NCBI GenBank assembly: GCA_963769935.1
Contig: CAVYNY010000013.1
Coordinates: 416,001-480,000, forward strand
DNA: 64,000 nt
Reading direction: 5' to 3'
DNA from: an uncultured delta proteobacterium
Lineage (GTDB): Bacteria; Desulfobacterota; Desulfobacteria; Desulfobacterales; JAFDCJ01
The position numbers and the translations under genes are program-made. The notes beneath the pieces are model-generated. The model was not told the origin of the DNA and ran no database searches. It saw only the letters and a list, made by a program, of their open reading frames with translations. This document shows, in pieces, positions 9,752 through 19,813 of the stretch; position 1 is the stretch's first letter, and every line of letters begins with the position of its first letter.

Positions 9752-12157
9752 TCAATTTTCCGTTATTTTTGGCTTCTTTTTGCCGGGCTTCATTTTGGAG
9801 CGTGGTTTCTTATCGTCCAGAGCGATATCGATGACATCCAGCATCTTATCCACGAACTGGAATTTAATATCCTTTTCGACATTTTTGGGAATGTCTTCCA
9901 GATCTTTACGATTCCAATCCGGCAGGATAATCGTTTTTATTCCGGCCCGGTGGGCGGCAAGCACCTTCTCTTTAATACCGCCGACCGGCAGGACCTGGCC
10001 CCTTAACGTAATTTCGCCGGTCATCGCCAGATCCTTGCGAATGCGGGTATTCGTCAGCAGCGAGGTCAGTGCGGTCAGCATGGTTACACCGGCCGAGGGT
10101 CCGTCTTTTGGGATGGCACCGGCGGGCACATGGATATGGATATCATGTTTATCAAAAAAGTCCTCGTCGATTCCGAGGGCGCGGGCATTGGCCCGCGCAA
10201 AACTCAGCGCCGCGGTGGCCGACTCTTTCATGACCTCCCCCAGCTGCCCGGTAAGGGTCAGGCCATTTTTGCCTTTCATGGCCGTGGCTTCAATAAATAA
10301 AAGCTCGCCGCCGGCGGGCGTCCAAGCCAGGCCCGTCGCCACACCCGGTGTGGTGATTCTGGCCTTGGTTTCGGAAGTAAAACGGACAGGGCCGAGGAAA
10401 CTGTGAATGTCGTCGACTTTGATGGTCGTGGCATCAACTTTGCCCTCGGCAATTTTACTGGCTACCCCCCGGCATATATTGGCTATTTCCCGCTCCAGGT
10501 TCCGCAAGCCGGCTTCACGGGTATAGCCCATAACAATGTGCTTTACCGCACTGCTGCTGAATTTGATTTGCCTGGCACTCAGACCGTGTTCCTCCCGCTG
10601 ACGGGGGACGAGAAAGCGATTGGCAATTTTTATTTTTTCATCCAGGGTGTATCCGTGCAGCATCAGCACTTCCATCCGGTCGTGCAGCGCCGGCGGGATG
10701 GTGTCCAGAATGTTGGCGGTTGTGATGAACATGACTTTGGAAAGATCGAACGGAACGTCCAGGTAGTGATCGGTAAAAGAAAAATTCTGCTCGGGATCTA
10801 GCACTTCCAGCAAAGCCGAGGAGGGATCACCGCGGAAATCGCTGCCCACCTTGTCGATTTCATCCAGCATGAATATCGGGTTATTGGACTCCGCCCGCCG
10901 CAATCCCTGAATGATCCGACCGGGCAGTGCGCCGACATAGGTGCGCCGATGGCCTCGGATTTCGGCCTCGTCGCGCACTCCGCCCAGGGAAATACGGTAA
11001 AATTTGCGCCCCAGAGCCCGGGCAATGGATTGTCCCAGAGAGGTCTTACCGGTTCCGGGAGGGCCGGCAAAACACAGAATCGGTCCCTTCGATTCAGGCT
11101 TCAGCTTACGAACCGCCAGGTATTCAATGATCCGCCGTTTAGGCTTTTCCAGCCCGAAATGGTCATCGTCCAGTATTTTCCTGGCCTTCTGGATATCCAG
11201 ATTATCCTGAGTACTGGTATGCCAGGGCAGGGATGTGACCCAGTCCAGATAGGTGGAGGCCACCGTGTACTCGGCAGATGACGGGTGCATGCGGGACAAC
11301 CGATCCAGTTCCCGCTCGGCTTCCTTGCGCGCCTCTTGCGGCAGATTTTTTTCCTCGATCTTGGCCCGGTATTCTTCAATTTCAACACTGGCCTCATCTT
11401 TTTCACCCAGTTCTTCTTTGATGGCCTTCAGCTGCTGCCGCAGGTAATATTCGCGTTGACTTTTATCCATATCCCCCTTGACCTGGCTTCGGATCTTATC
11501 GCCCAGCTCCAGGATTTCGAGCTGATGGTTTACCAGGCGGGTGATTTCTTTCAGGCGCTTTTTAACATCTTCCAGTTCCAGGATCTTTTGTTTTTCTTCG
11601 TGATTCGAGTTGATGGTGGATGCGATCATATCCGCCAGGGTTCCGGGTTCCTGGATGGTTTTGGCCATGTGCGCGATCTCAGGCGGCAGCCCCGGAGACA
11701 GCTCGACAACCCTCTCAAACTGGGTGAGGATATTGGTCATCAGCGCTTCAGTTTCATTGTCTTTTTTCTCGACATCTTTGATCAATGCAATCTGGGCAAC
11801 CAGGTAGGGCTTTCCGTCTTTAAAGGATTTTATTTTAAACCGGCTCAGCCCCTGCACCAGCAATTGAGTTCGATTATCATGCGTCTTGGCCATTTTGAGA
11901 ATCAAGGCGCTGGTCCCCACCGGAGCGAGATCTTCCCGATCAGGAGTATTTTTCTCCTCGGGCTTTTTCGATACGACCAAACCGATTATCCGATCTTTGG
12001 CCATCGCTTCATCTACCAGCTTAACAGATTCACCCTGCATAACCACCAGCGGCAAAACCATTTTGGGAAACAGCACCGCATCATACAGCGGCAATATCGG
12101 TAGGTCTTCCGGTACCTGCTCTGCGTCAACTTCCATGGGTGACTGTTGATCAGCCAT
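9752..12157 (-). CDS. lon: ATP-dependent Lon protease
   Basis: GPPGTGKTS, LDEIDK, PKDGPSAG catalytic Ser, VGGIKEK. Confidence 0.97.
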   Translation of the reverse strand: MADQQSPMEVDAEQVPEDLPILPLYDAVLFPKMVLPLVVMQGESVKLVDEAMAKDRIIGLVVSKKPEEKNTPDREDLAPVGTSALILKMAKTHDNRTQLLVQGLSRFKIKSFKDGKPYLVAQIALIKDVEKKDNETEALMTNILTQFERVVELSPGLPPEIAHMAKTIQEPGTLADMIASTINSNHEEKQKILELEDVKKRLKEITRLVNHQLEILELGDKIRSQVKGDMDKSQREYYLRQQLKAIKEELGEKDEASVEIEEYRAKIEEKNLPQEARKEAERELDRLSRMHPSSAEYTVASTYLDWVTSLPWHTSTQDNLDIQKARKILDDDHFGLEKPKRRIIEYLAVRKLKPESKGPILCFAGPPGTGKTSLGQSIARALGRKFYRISLGGVRDEAEIRGHRRTYVGALPGRIIQGLRRAESNNPIFMLDEIDKVGSDFRGDPSSALLEVLDPEQNFSFTDHYLDVPFDLSKVMFITTANILDTIPPALHDRMEVLMLHGYTLDEKIKIANRFLVPRQREEHGLSARQIKFSSSAVKHIVMGYTREAGLRNLEREIANICRGVASKIAEGKVDATTIKVDDIHSFLGPVRFTSETKARITTPGVATGLAWTPAGGELLFIEATAMKGKNGLTLTGQLGEVMKESATAALSFARANARALGIDEDFFDKHDIHIHVPAGAIPKDGPSAGVTMLTALTSLLTNTRIRKDLAMTGEITLRGQVLPVGGIKEKVLAAHRAGIKTIILPDWNRKDLEDIPKNVEKDIKFQFVDKMLDVIDIALDDKKPRSKMKPGKKKPKITEN

Positions 12158-12393
12158 ATTTTCCTCCCAACCTTGTTGTGAACATCAGAAAAACCTGGGT
12201 GAAGACAATCTGCGCTGACATCCGCGCGGCATATCCGGTTTACTCAATCCGAAATCCCTGGCCCAGACCGACTTTACAGAGCTTTTCCTGTACTATACAC
12301 TTGTGATGAATCTCACATACTGTCATTTTAACCAATACGGTCGCACCAGGGCGGGCCGAATTCTGCAATCCGCCAACCGCAATCGAAAAACCC

Positions 12394-12840
12394 CTATCCG
12401 TCCTGAATGGGTATTTGATGGATTTTCTCCGGGGGTTGCTTGGCCAACCGGATTTCAAGCAGCCCGTTTTGATAGGCGGCGGAAACCACCTCGGGATCAA
12501 TAGCCGCCGGCAGAAACAGAATGCGCTCAAACCGGCCGTACTGAATTTCAGCGAGTCGATAAGTTGCATCGCTGGTGCAATGCTTGGCAACGCGATTGCC
12601 TTGAATCCTCACGGCTTTGGAACTTATTTCAACCTCCAGATCATCTTTGTCGACCCCCGGGACCTCGGCCACAATGACAACTTCTTCCGGAGTTTCATTC
12701 ATATCCATGGGCGGTTTCCATGAACGCTCGGCAAGTGTGAAAGCCGGACTCATCGATCGAAACATGTCTTCGATCGTCTTTTCGAATTTGGAATCTAGAT
12801 GTCCGAAATCATCTAAAAATCGTATTTTGATGTACTCCAT
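12394..12840 (-). CDS. Hsp20/alpha-crystallin small heat shock protein
   Basis: WKPPMD, EVPGV, YGRFER, YQNGLLEI. Confidence 0.9.
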   Translation of the reverse strand: MEYIKIRFLDDFGHLDSKFEKTIEDMFRSMSPAFTLAERSWKPPMDMNETPEEVVIVAEVPGVDKDDLEVEISSKAVRIQGNRVAKHCTSDATYRLAEIQYGRFERILFLPAAIDPEVVSAAYQNGLLEIRLAKQPPEKIHQIPIQDG

Positions 12841-13032
12841 TTCCGGCTCCTAATGTTGGACTATGAGGTTTGCCAAAGTTGGAACGTTATTATCTCCTCC
12901 AAGTCAAATTGAAACGAAAATAACACCTACCGCAAGCTTTGTAAAGAGAAGATGGTTTCGATTCAGTGCTCCGTCATCGATATGAGTGATCGAAAGATTT
13001 TTATAAAAATATTGGTCCAATAAAATCCATGA

Positions 13033-13242
13033 AAATTCCAAGCACCAAAATCCAAAGTCCAAACAAACTCCAAGAACCCAAATTCAAAATTCCAAACAAA
13101 CGAATCTGCTGCAGTTGCCCCAACGGCATCATCACCTATGAGCCCGAGATCTAAGAAGCAATACGAAGCACTTGTTGTGAATGTTTTTGGTCATTGAATA
13201 TTGAAATTTGTTTGTAATTTGGTGCTTGAGATTTGGGATTTT
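13033..13242. repeat. imperfect inverted-repeat element built from 7-8 bp units
   Basis: left arm CAAGCACCAAA...CAAATTCAAAATTCCAAAC versus right arm ...TTGAAATTTGTTTGTAATTTGGTGCTTG. Confidence 0.7.
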
Positions 13243-13390
13243 GTGGTCTTATAAAGCCTACTGATGCATTAAGTTTAGATTTTGCGTTGACCTTACCCGG
13301 CGCAACACGCTCCCGGCAACCTGCCTTGACAAGGTAATCGGCATGCTTAAAGTGGTTAAAACACAACTAGCTAAACCAGGAGGTGGGATC

Positions 13391-13840
13391 ATGACACTCG
13401 TCAGATGGGACCCGTTCCGCGACGTTGCAGAGCTTCAAAACCGAATCAATCGCATGTTTGACGAATCCTTCGGCCGCACTAGAGATCCGGAGGATGAAGT
13501 CGGCTTGCGTGCCTGGAGACCTGCGGTTGACATTTATGAAATTGAAAACGGAATTGCGATTGATGTGGAACTACCCGGTGTCGCCAAGGAAGACGTTGCA
13601 GTAGAAGTCAAAGATGATGTTTTGACCCTCAAAGGTGAACGAGCCGCCAATCCTCATATTAAGGAAGATAATTACTACCGCCGCGAACGCCTCTATGGAC
13701 CTTTCAAGCGATCCTTCACCCTTCATCAAAACATTCAGCCCGCGCAAATCAAGGCAACCTTTAAAGACGGAATCCTGCGGGTAGAAATTCCCAGACCCGT
13801 GGAAGAGCGACCCAAACAGATCACGGTTAACGTTGAATAA
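13391..13840 (+). CDS. Hsp20/alpha-crystallin small heat shock protein
   Basis: AGGAGGT RBS; WDPF, WRPAVDI, ELPGV, YGPFKRSF, FKDGIL; TTGACA at 13326. Confidence 0.95.
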   Translation: MTLVRWDPFRDVAELQNRINRMFDESFGRTRDPEDEVGLRAWRPAVDIYEIENGIAIDVELPGVAKEDVAVEVKDDVLTLKGERAANPHIKEDNYYRRERLYGPFKRSFTLHQNIQPAQIKATFKDGILRVEIPRPVEERPKQITVNVE

Positions 13841-13872
13841 ACTCTTAAATTGAACAAAATGAGTGAGACAGA

Positions 13873-15018
13873 TTGCGGACAAGTTTCAGGTTCTTCATCA
13901 GTTCCCAGTACTTTATTTATTTCGGCGTGCTGGGAATATTTTTGCCCTATTTCAATCTGTACTGCTACCATCTCGGATTCAACGGTCTTCAGATCGGGGT
14001 CCTCTCCGCCTTGCGGTCCGCGGCCCTGGTTCTTTTCCCGCTGATCTGGGGATCGCTGGCCGATCGTTTTGATATTCGCAAACCAATCTACATTCTCTGC
14101 ACTTTTCTCAGCGCATCCGTCTGGGTCCTGTACCTGTTCTATGTCGATTTCTGGCCGATGCTGATGATCACCGCTCTTTACGGCATTTTTTACGCCCCCA
14201 TCATTTCCTTTTTAGAAGCCGTAACTATCGATGGGCTGGGCACAGAAAAAAAAAGCTACGGCCGGATACGGGCCTGGGGATCGATCAGTTTTATTTTCAT
14301 GGTTCTCGTGCTGGGCAAGATAATCGACCTGTATGCCGTGGATATCATCCTGATACTCATTTTAGCCGGTTCTCTGATGTTGGCGGTTATTTCAATCCGC
14401 GTCCCCGCCATCAAAATCCGCCGTAAAGATCTCAGGGCGCAAAGCGCCGATAAGCTGCTGACAAAACGTTCCGTTGTGTTTCTTTTTTGTGGGTTTCTGA
14501 TGCTGGCCAGCCACGGCGCTTACTACGGCTTTTTTTCGATCCACCTGGAAAATTTGGGATACGACAACACCTTCATTGGAATTGCCTGGGCCGTCGCATC
14601 CACCTCCGAAATCCTGGTCATGATCAAATCCGATAAAATATTTGGCCGTTTTACATTGGAAAATGTCCTCTTCTTCTCCTTTCTGACGGCTGCTGTCAGG
14701 TGGATAATCCTTTTTTTGGCCGGGTCGGCCGCAGTCATTCTGCTGTCCCAGATTCTGCATGCCGTCACCTACGGCACATTTCACATGGCCAGCATCCTTT
14801 ACATTGATCGTCTGGCGCCGGAACAGGCCAAAACCATGGGCCAGGCAGTCAACAATGCCATGAGTTACGGTCTCGGATCGATGGTGGGTTTTTTCATCAA
14901 TGGTTACGTTTATGAAATCACGGGTTCATATACCTTGTTTTTGCTGAGCAGTTTAATCGCTCTGGCAGGGGGCCTGATTTTCCAGAGTTGCCAGCTTGCG
15001 CTGCGCGGTCGCAGTTGA
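13873..15018 (+). CDS. MFS transporter (MFS_1_like, HcaT/PPP-type)
   Basis: 12 hydrophobic segments; WGSLADR, YGRIRAWGS. Confidence 0.88.
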   Translation: MRTSFRFFISSQYFIYFGVLGIFLPYFNLYCYHLGFNGLQIGVLSALRSAALVLFPLIWGSLADRFDIRKPIYILCTFLSASVWVLYLFYVDFWPMLMITALYGIFYAPIISFLEAVTIDGLGTEKKSYGRIRAWGSISFIFMVLVLGKIIDLYAVDIILILILAGSLMLAVISIRVPAIKIRRKDLRAQSADKLLTKRSVVFLFCGFLMLASHGAYYGFFSIHLENLGYDNTFIGIAWAVASTSEILVMIKSDKIFGRFTLENVLFFSFLTAAVRWIILFLAGSAAVILLSQILHAVTYGTFHMASILYIDRLAPEQAKTMGQAVNNAMSYGLGSMVGFFINGYVYEITGSYTLFLLSSLIALAGGLIFQSCQLALRGRS

Positions 15019-15030
15019 AAAAAAGCCGAA

Positions 15031-16629
15031 TCAGTTTTCGATAAAGCACGCCAGCTGACGAAGCTGGGTCGGATGCCGCAACTTCTGCAAGGCTCTGGCT
15101 TCGATTTGTCTGATCCGCTCGCGGGTCAGCGCAAAGTCCCGACTGATTTCATCAAGGGTGTGATCGCTCGCTTCGCCGATGCCGAACCGCAGGCGCAATA
15201 CTCTTTCTTCACGGGGGCTTAGGGTGGCAAGCACCTTTCGGATTTTTTCGGCGGCATCATGATTGATGGCGGCATTCAGGGGGCCGCCCGGCTCTCCGTC
15301 GGAAATGAGGTAACCCAATTCGTGCCCGCCATGTTCGCTCAAAGGTGTATTCAGCGAAAGCGGCTCTTCATCGAATTTCAACATGCTATCGACATTTTCG
15401 CGGGAAATATTCAACTCGGCCGCAATTTCATCGGTATGCCCGGCGGGGGATTCCTCCGTTATCAAATTTTTTGATGTGCGCTTGATTTTTTTGAGGTTTT
15501 CATTCATATGCACCGGGATTCGAATTAAACGGGAATGATTGTCAATGGCACGAAAAATAGCCTGTTTAATCCACCAGGTTGCATATGTGCTGAATTTAAA
15601 TCCAAAACGATAATCGAATTTCTCGACCGCCTTTATCAGGCCAAGATTGCCTTCCTGGATGCAATCCAAGAGCTGCATTTTTCCGGACGAATACCGTCGG
15701 GCAATGTTGAAAACCAGCCGCAAATTCGCCGTGACGAATTCGTTTTTGGCTGTTTGGGCCGACCGACAGCCGAATTCGATCCTCTCCCGGATTCGCAGGA
15801 ATCTCCCGGCATTCATGCCAAGCTTTTTCTCCATTTGTTTAATCGATTGAACAGCGTTTTTTAGTTCCTGATATATCGACGCCCGCTCTGAGGTTGTCAG
15901 GGAACTGCGCAATCCTGCCCACCGCATGAAGCGACTTTGATTCCCCAAATGCGCCGACACTTCCTCCGCCGAGGCATTTACCAAGCCGGCAAGTTGATAT
16001 GCGCTGGATCTCAGGGAATCCATCCGATCAGCCTGTCCGCGGATTTCATTCACCAGGCATTCAATGATTTCGGGATTAATGCGCCATTCCTCCAAAAGAT
16101 CAGCCATCCGCTTAGCCTGTTTGATAGTCGCTTTGTACATGCGCCGTCTTTTTTCGGAGGTCCGGTTATCCGCTGCAAGCCGATCACGAAGACTTTGGTT
16201 TGCACCATGCAATTTTTTAATGAGTTTGACTGCTTTTAAAAAATTATGCTCGACGTCGCTTTCATCGGGAACATCTTCACCGAATTTCACACTTCGCAAG
16301 ACCTTTCTGGCTGACAAGGCGCCCGTCTCAATCTGCCGGCCGAGGTGCAGGATATGCTCCGCAGCACACGGGGTCTGCAATAGGGCATGCATGATGATGT
16401 TTTCACCGGCTTCAATCCGTTTGGCAATGCGGACTTCATCTTCCCGGCTCAACAATTTATAACTGCCGACTTCCCGAATATACGACGCGACGGTCTGGTA
16501 ATCTGAGCCGTAAAAGGAATCGCTGCCGGTCTTAATATTCGCAGAATTGCTGTTTGCATCTTCCCGGCGCATGGGCTCGCGCCTGTTTGCAAAGCTGGTT
16601 CTTTCCAAAGTGATGTCTATGTTCTCCAT
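15031..16629 (-). CDS. sigma70-family factor, RpoD-like but non-primary
   Basis: regions 1.2, 2 (QEGNLGLIKAVEKFDY..KFSTYATWWI) and 4 (TRERIRQIE); no region 1.1; divergent 2.4. Confidence 0.9.
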   Translation of the reverse strand: MENIDITLERTSFANRREPMRREDANSNSANIKTGSDSFYGSDYQTVASYIREVGSYKLLSREDEVRIAKRIEAGENIIMHALLQTPCAAEHILHLGRQIETGALSARKVLRSVKFGEDVPDESDVEHNFLKAVKLIKKLHGANQSLRDRLAADNRTSEKRRRMYKATIKQAKRMADLLEEWRINPEIIECLVNEIRGQADRMDSLRSSAYQLAGLVNASAEEVSAHLGNQSRFMRWAGLRSSLTTSERASIYQELKNAVQSIKQMEKKLGMNAGRFLRIRERIEFGCRSAQTAKNEFVTANLRLVFNIARRYSSGKMQLLDCIQEGNLGLIKAVEKFDYRFGFKFSTYATWWIKQAIFRAIDNHSRLIRIPVHMNENLKKIKRTSKNLITEESPAGHTDEIAAELNISRENVDSMLKFDEEPLSLNTPLSEHGGHELGYLISDGEPGGPLNAAINHDAAEKIRKVLATLSPREERVLRLRFGIGEASDHTLDEISRDFALTRERIRQIEARALQKLRHPTQLRQLACFIEN

Positions 16630-16759
16630 TCAATATCCCTTAATGTTTTTGTTGATGGTGGATCATAGAGGTCCGACACGCCTGCAGGGTCAACGACCAT
16701 CTCCCGGGCATGGCCGGGGATGATTTGAGAACTTGCGGCGAATTAATCCAATTAAGGAT

Positions 16760-16802
16760 ACTATACAGCCGCATATTAACCGGAAAATGACGGGAAAATG
16801 AC
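16760..16802 (-). promoter_or_regulatory. Pho-box/OmpR-type direct repeats with -10 element upstream of the sigma gene
   Basis: minus strand GTCAT-N6-GTCAT-N6-GTTAA (11-bp period), then 10 bp, then TATAGT. Confidence 0.55.
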
Positions 16803-16921
16803 CAAAATGTTATCTACACGATCAAGCGGGATGCAACCAATTGAATTTGATGAGCATTACAATTCAAATTCAGATAGAAGACACAGCATCATTTTGGTTT
16901 ACAGGTTCAAATTTTTAAAGC

Positions 16922-16936
16922 GACCGGTTGGTATAT
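16922..16936 (-). promoter_or_regulatory. putative TetR operator copy 2
   Basis: minus strand ATATACCAACCGGTC, 14/15 identical to 17653-17667. Confidence 0.5.
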
Positions 16937-16963
16937 TAATTATCCAAGATAGCTTATAAGATT

Positions 16964-17563
16964 TTACTGTTTTTTCAGCTGCTGGATATAAAACCGCAGC
17001 TGGCGGATGGTTTGCTCCAGTACGGAGCGGTCATGGCTGGATATGTAAAGCGCCGCGGCCCCGTTTAAAGATATGATGATAAAGTTGGCAATCTCTTTAA
17101 AATCCAGGGCTTCCTTAAGCATGCCTTTTACAGCTGTCTCCTGCAGCCAGGAGCGCAGCAGACCGGAGAGGCGTACAAATCCACGCAGAATCTGCCTGCT
17201 CATCGATTCCGACTGGCCCGAAAGTTCAACCAGCATGTTGAGAAAGAAACAGCCGCCTTCAAAAACATCGGCTCCCAGGTAATTTAACAGGTCATTTTCA
17301 ATAAATTTTTCGACTCGCTTGAGCGGATCCGAATTGTTGCGGATTCCTTTGAAAACAATGCCTTTCCAGATGTTCACGGCTTCATCGTAAACCGCATACC
17401 AGATATCCTCCTTGCTGGCAAAATGGCCGTAGAGACCGCCCTTGGTCAAACCTGTGGCGTCGAGTATGTCGCTGACGGAGGTATTGTAATAGCCTTTCAC
17501 CGAAAAGAGCTGCAAGGATTTTTCAATGATATTTCGACGGGTTCGGATGCCTTTAGTGGCCAT
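16964..17563 (-). CDS. TetR/AcrR family transcriptional regulator
   Basis: N-terminal HTH GLTKGGLYGHFASKE; GGCF TetR_C. Confidence 0.95.
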   Translation of the reverse strand: MATKGIRTRRNIIEKSLQLFSVKGYYNTSVSDILDATGLTKGGLYGHFASKEDIWYAVYDEAVNIWKGIVFKGIRNNSDPLKRVEKFIENDLLNYLGADVFEGGCFFLNMLVELSGQSESMSRQILRGFVRLSGLLRSWLQETAVKGMLKEALDFKEIANFIIISLNGAAALYISSHDRSVLEQTIRQLRFYIQQLKKQ

Positions 17564-17652
17564 AATCGGTTTCGTTAATTAATCCGCTCTGAAGAATATC
17601 ACATTCAGGGTGGTAATTTGCTTTTTGACAGCTGGGAAAAGATGAATTTTTT

Positions 17653-17667
17653 ATATACCGACCGGTC
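17653..17667 (+). promoter_or_regulatory. putative TetR operator copy 1 (autoregulatory)
   Basis: ATATACCGACCGGTC with GACCGGTC palindromic core, upstream of tetR. Confidence 0.55.
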
Positions 17668-17777
17668 TTTTTATTTATAAGCTTAGTTTGCTCTTGTCAA
17701 TATAATTTTTGAATTCAATTAGGATTGCAAAAGATCATGGTAGATTTCAATGGATAGGTAAAACAACAGCAGCAGCC

Positions 17778-17815
17778 TTGACAATTAAAAAATTGTTGAC
17801 TAAACTTAGTTTAGT
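17778..17815 (+). promoter_or_regulatory. TA operon sigma70 promoter with overlapping operator palindrome
   Basis: TTGACA-17 bp-TAAACT; ACTAAACT-T-AGTTTAGT perfect inverted repeat over the -10. Confidence 0.75.
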
Positions 17816-17832
17816 TTAAAATCGGGGTGTAA

Positions 17833-18063
17833 ATGATGCGTCAAGTAAATATTCACGAAGCAAAAACTCAATTATCCAAACTCATAGCTGATGGAGAGGA
17901 AGTCATCATCGCCAAGTATGGCGAGCCCGTGGCTCGGCTGGTCCCGATAAGGCCTCCCGCTGCCAAAAGAGTCCCGGGCTCTGCTGGCGGACAGTTCAGG
18001 GTTCCTAAGGAATTTTTTGATCCTCTACCAGAGGAAATACTTAACGCCTTCGAACCTGAGTAA
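17833..18063 (+). CDS. Phd/YefM family antitoxin
   Basis: VNIHEAKTQLSKLI..GEEVII...PVARLVP. Confidence 0.92.
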   Translation: MMRQVNIHEAKTQLSKLIADGEEVIIAKYGEPVARLVPIRPPAAKRVPGSAGGQFRVPKEFFDPLPEEILNAFEPE

Positions 18064-18075
18064 TAAATCCGGAAA

Positions 18076-18462
18076 ATGAAACTTCTGTTGGATACACATA
18101 CATTTCTCTGGTGGATTACGGATGATCCTCAATTGTCGGTTCCAGCGCTCGAACTCATAGGTGATAGGCATAATAGTTTGTACTGGAGTGCGGCGAGTTC
18201 ATGGGAAGTTGCGATCAAATATGCCTTGGGACGACTGCCACTGCCTGATGCTCCGGCAATATTTCTGCCGGCTGAACTCGGCAAGAACCGTATCGAACCT
18301 CTCCCTATAGTTGATGAGCACGCCTACCAGGCCGGTTTGCTGCCCCGACATCATCGAGATCCTTTCGACCGCATGTTAGTCGCCCAGGCACAGGTTGAGG
18401 CTTTAGGGCTGATATCGAATGACCCAAAAGTTCGTCTTTATGATGTCGACATCTACTGGTAG
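18076..18462 (+). CDS. vapC: VapC PIN-domain toxin
   Basis: LLLDTH, SSWEVAIK, HRDPFDRMLVAQA. Confidence 0.93.
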   Translation: MKLLLDTHTFLWWITDDPQLSVPALELIGDRHNSLYWSAASSWEVAIKYALGRLPLPDAPAIFLPAELGKNRIEPLPIVDEHAYQAGLLPRHHRDPFDRMLVAQAQVEALGLISNDPKVRLYDVDIYW

Positions 18463-18558
18463 CATCGTAACCGGTTTGCGGATAAAATATTGGTTGATGG
18501 GATTAAATGACGATCCAATTTATTTCGAATTCTTTGCTGGCAAAAAGGAGTAGTCCAA

Positions 18559-19677
18559 ATGAAAGGCAAACCCGTCATACCGCCGGTGCATCTGACCGCG
18601 ACGTTCAAATTCGACAAATCCGATGACCTGATCGATGTGGTGCAAAACCGCAGCGGCTACCTGTATTCCAGGTGGGACAATCCTTCGGTGGTTGAAGTCG
18701 AAAATGTGTTGGCCGCCATGGAGGGCTACGATAAAGCCCTGGGATTCGGTTCAGGCATGGCGGCTATTACAACCGCAATATTCGCTCATCTCCAAGCCGA
18801 AAGCCGCATCATCGCCACACGGGAAATATACGGCGGCACCTTTGAACTGCTGGATAATATTTTGCCGAAATTCAATATTGATGCGGTATTTGTTAACAGC
18901 TGGGAGACCCGGCAGATGCTGGATGAAATTGAAAGAGGCGTTTCCATTCTGTACCTGGAAAGTCCCACGAATCCCCTGTTGAGGGTGGTGGATATCAAAC
19001 CGCTGGCCGAGGCGGCCCATAAAAAAGGTGCGGTCGTGATGCTGGATGCCACATTTGCTTCTCCGGTCAACCTACATCCTGCTGACCTTGGAGTGGACAT
19101 TGTTATCCACAGCGCGACCAAGTATCTGGGCGGGCACCATGACATTACCGCCGGTTTTGTCTGCTGCAACCAGCGCCACTTTGATCAGGTCTGGACCTAT
19201 CGCAAGATTATGGGCGGCATCATGGATCCCATGAGCGCTTTTTTAGCCTTAAGGGGGATAAAAACTTTAGAACTGCGTGTTGGACGGCAGAACGAAAGCG
19301 CCATAAAGATAGCCGCTTATCTCGATGAACACCCAAAAATCAAATCCGTTTACTACCCGGGCTTACCCTCCCATCCCGATCATGCGATCGCCCGCAGGCA
19401 AATGAGTGGATTCGGTGGCATGCTTAGTTTTGAAATCAACGGCGATTTTGATATTACCAAGCAATTCATGGATGCGCTTAAACTGATCAAACTGGCAACC
19501 AGCCTTGGCGGAGTATCCAGTCTCGCCAATCAACCCATTACCAATACCCATGCCGCCCTGAGTCCGGAAAACCGCGCCAAAGCCGGCATCAGTGAAAGCC
19601 TGGTGCGGCTGTCGGTCGGCGTTGAAAATGTGGATCTGTTGATGGAGGATCTGGGACAGGCGCTGGAAAGGGTTTAG
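18559..19677 (+). CDS. PLP-dependent trans-sulfuration enzyme (cystathionine gamma-synthase/methionine gamma-lyase family)
   Basis: YSRWDNP, SGMAAI, ESPTNP, HSATKYLGGH, RLSVG. Confidence 0.9.
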   Translation: MKGKPVIPPVHLTATFKFDKSDDLIDVVQNRSGYLYSRWDNPSVVEVENVLAAMEGYDKALGFGSGMAAITTAIFAHLQAESRIIATREIYGGTFELLDNILPKFNIDAVFVNSWETRQMLDEIERGVSILYLESPTNPLLRVVDIKPLAEAAHKKGAVVMLDATFASPVNLHPADLGVDIVIHSATKYLGGHHDITAGFVCCNQRHFDQVWTYRKIMGGIMDPMSAFLALRGIKTLELRVGRQNESAIKIAAYLDEHPKIKSVYYPGLPSHPDHAIARRQMSGFGGMLSFEINGDFDITKQFMDALKLIKLATSLGGVSSLANQPITNTHAALSPENRAKAGISESLVRLSVGVENVDLLMEDLGQALERV

Positions 19678-19813
19678 GGTTCAGTTTGTTTTTCTTCTCC
19701 TGCGTTGTTGACATCTACTCAGTTCGTTACTAAGTTCTTGAAAGTTCAGCTGATTCCGAACCAATTCCCATTGAGATAAATTCCTTTTCCAAATTGCAAA
19801 GGGGGATAACGCC

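Noticed and set aside
12841..13390. CIRCE (HrcA) element between the divergent Hsp20 genes
   Set aside because: TTAGCACTC-N9-GAGTGCTAA was not found.
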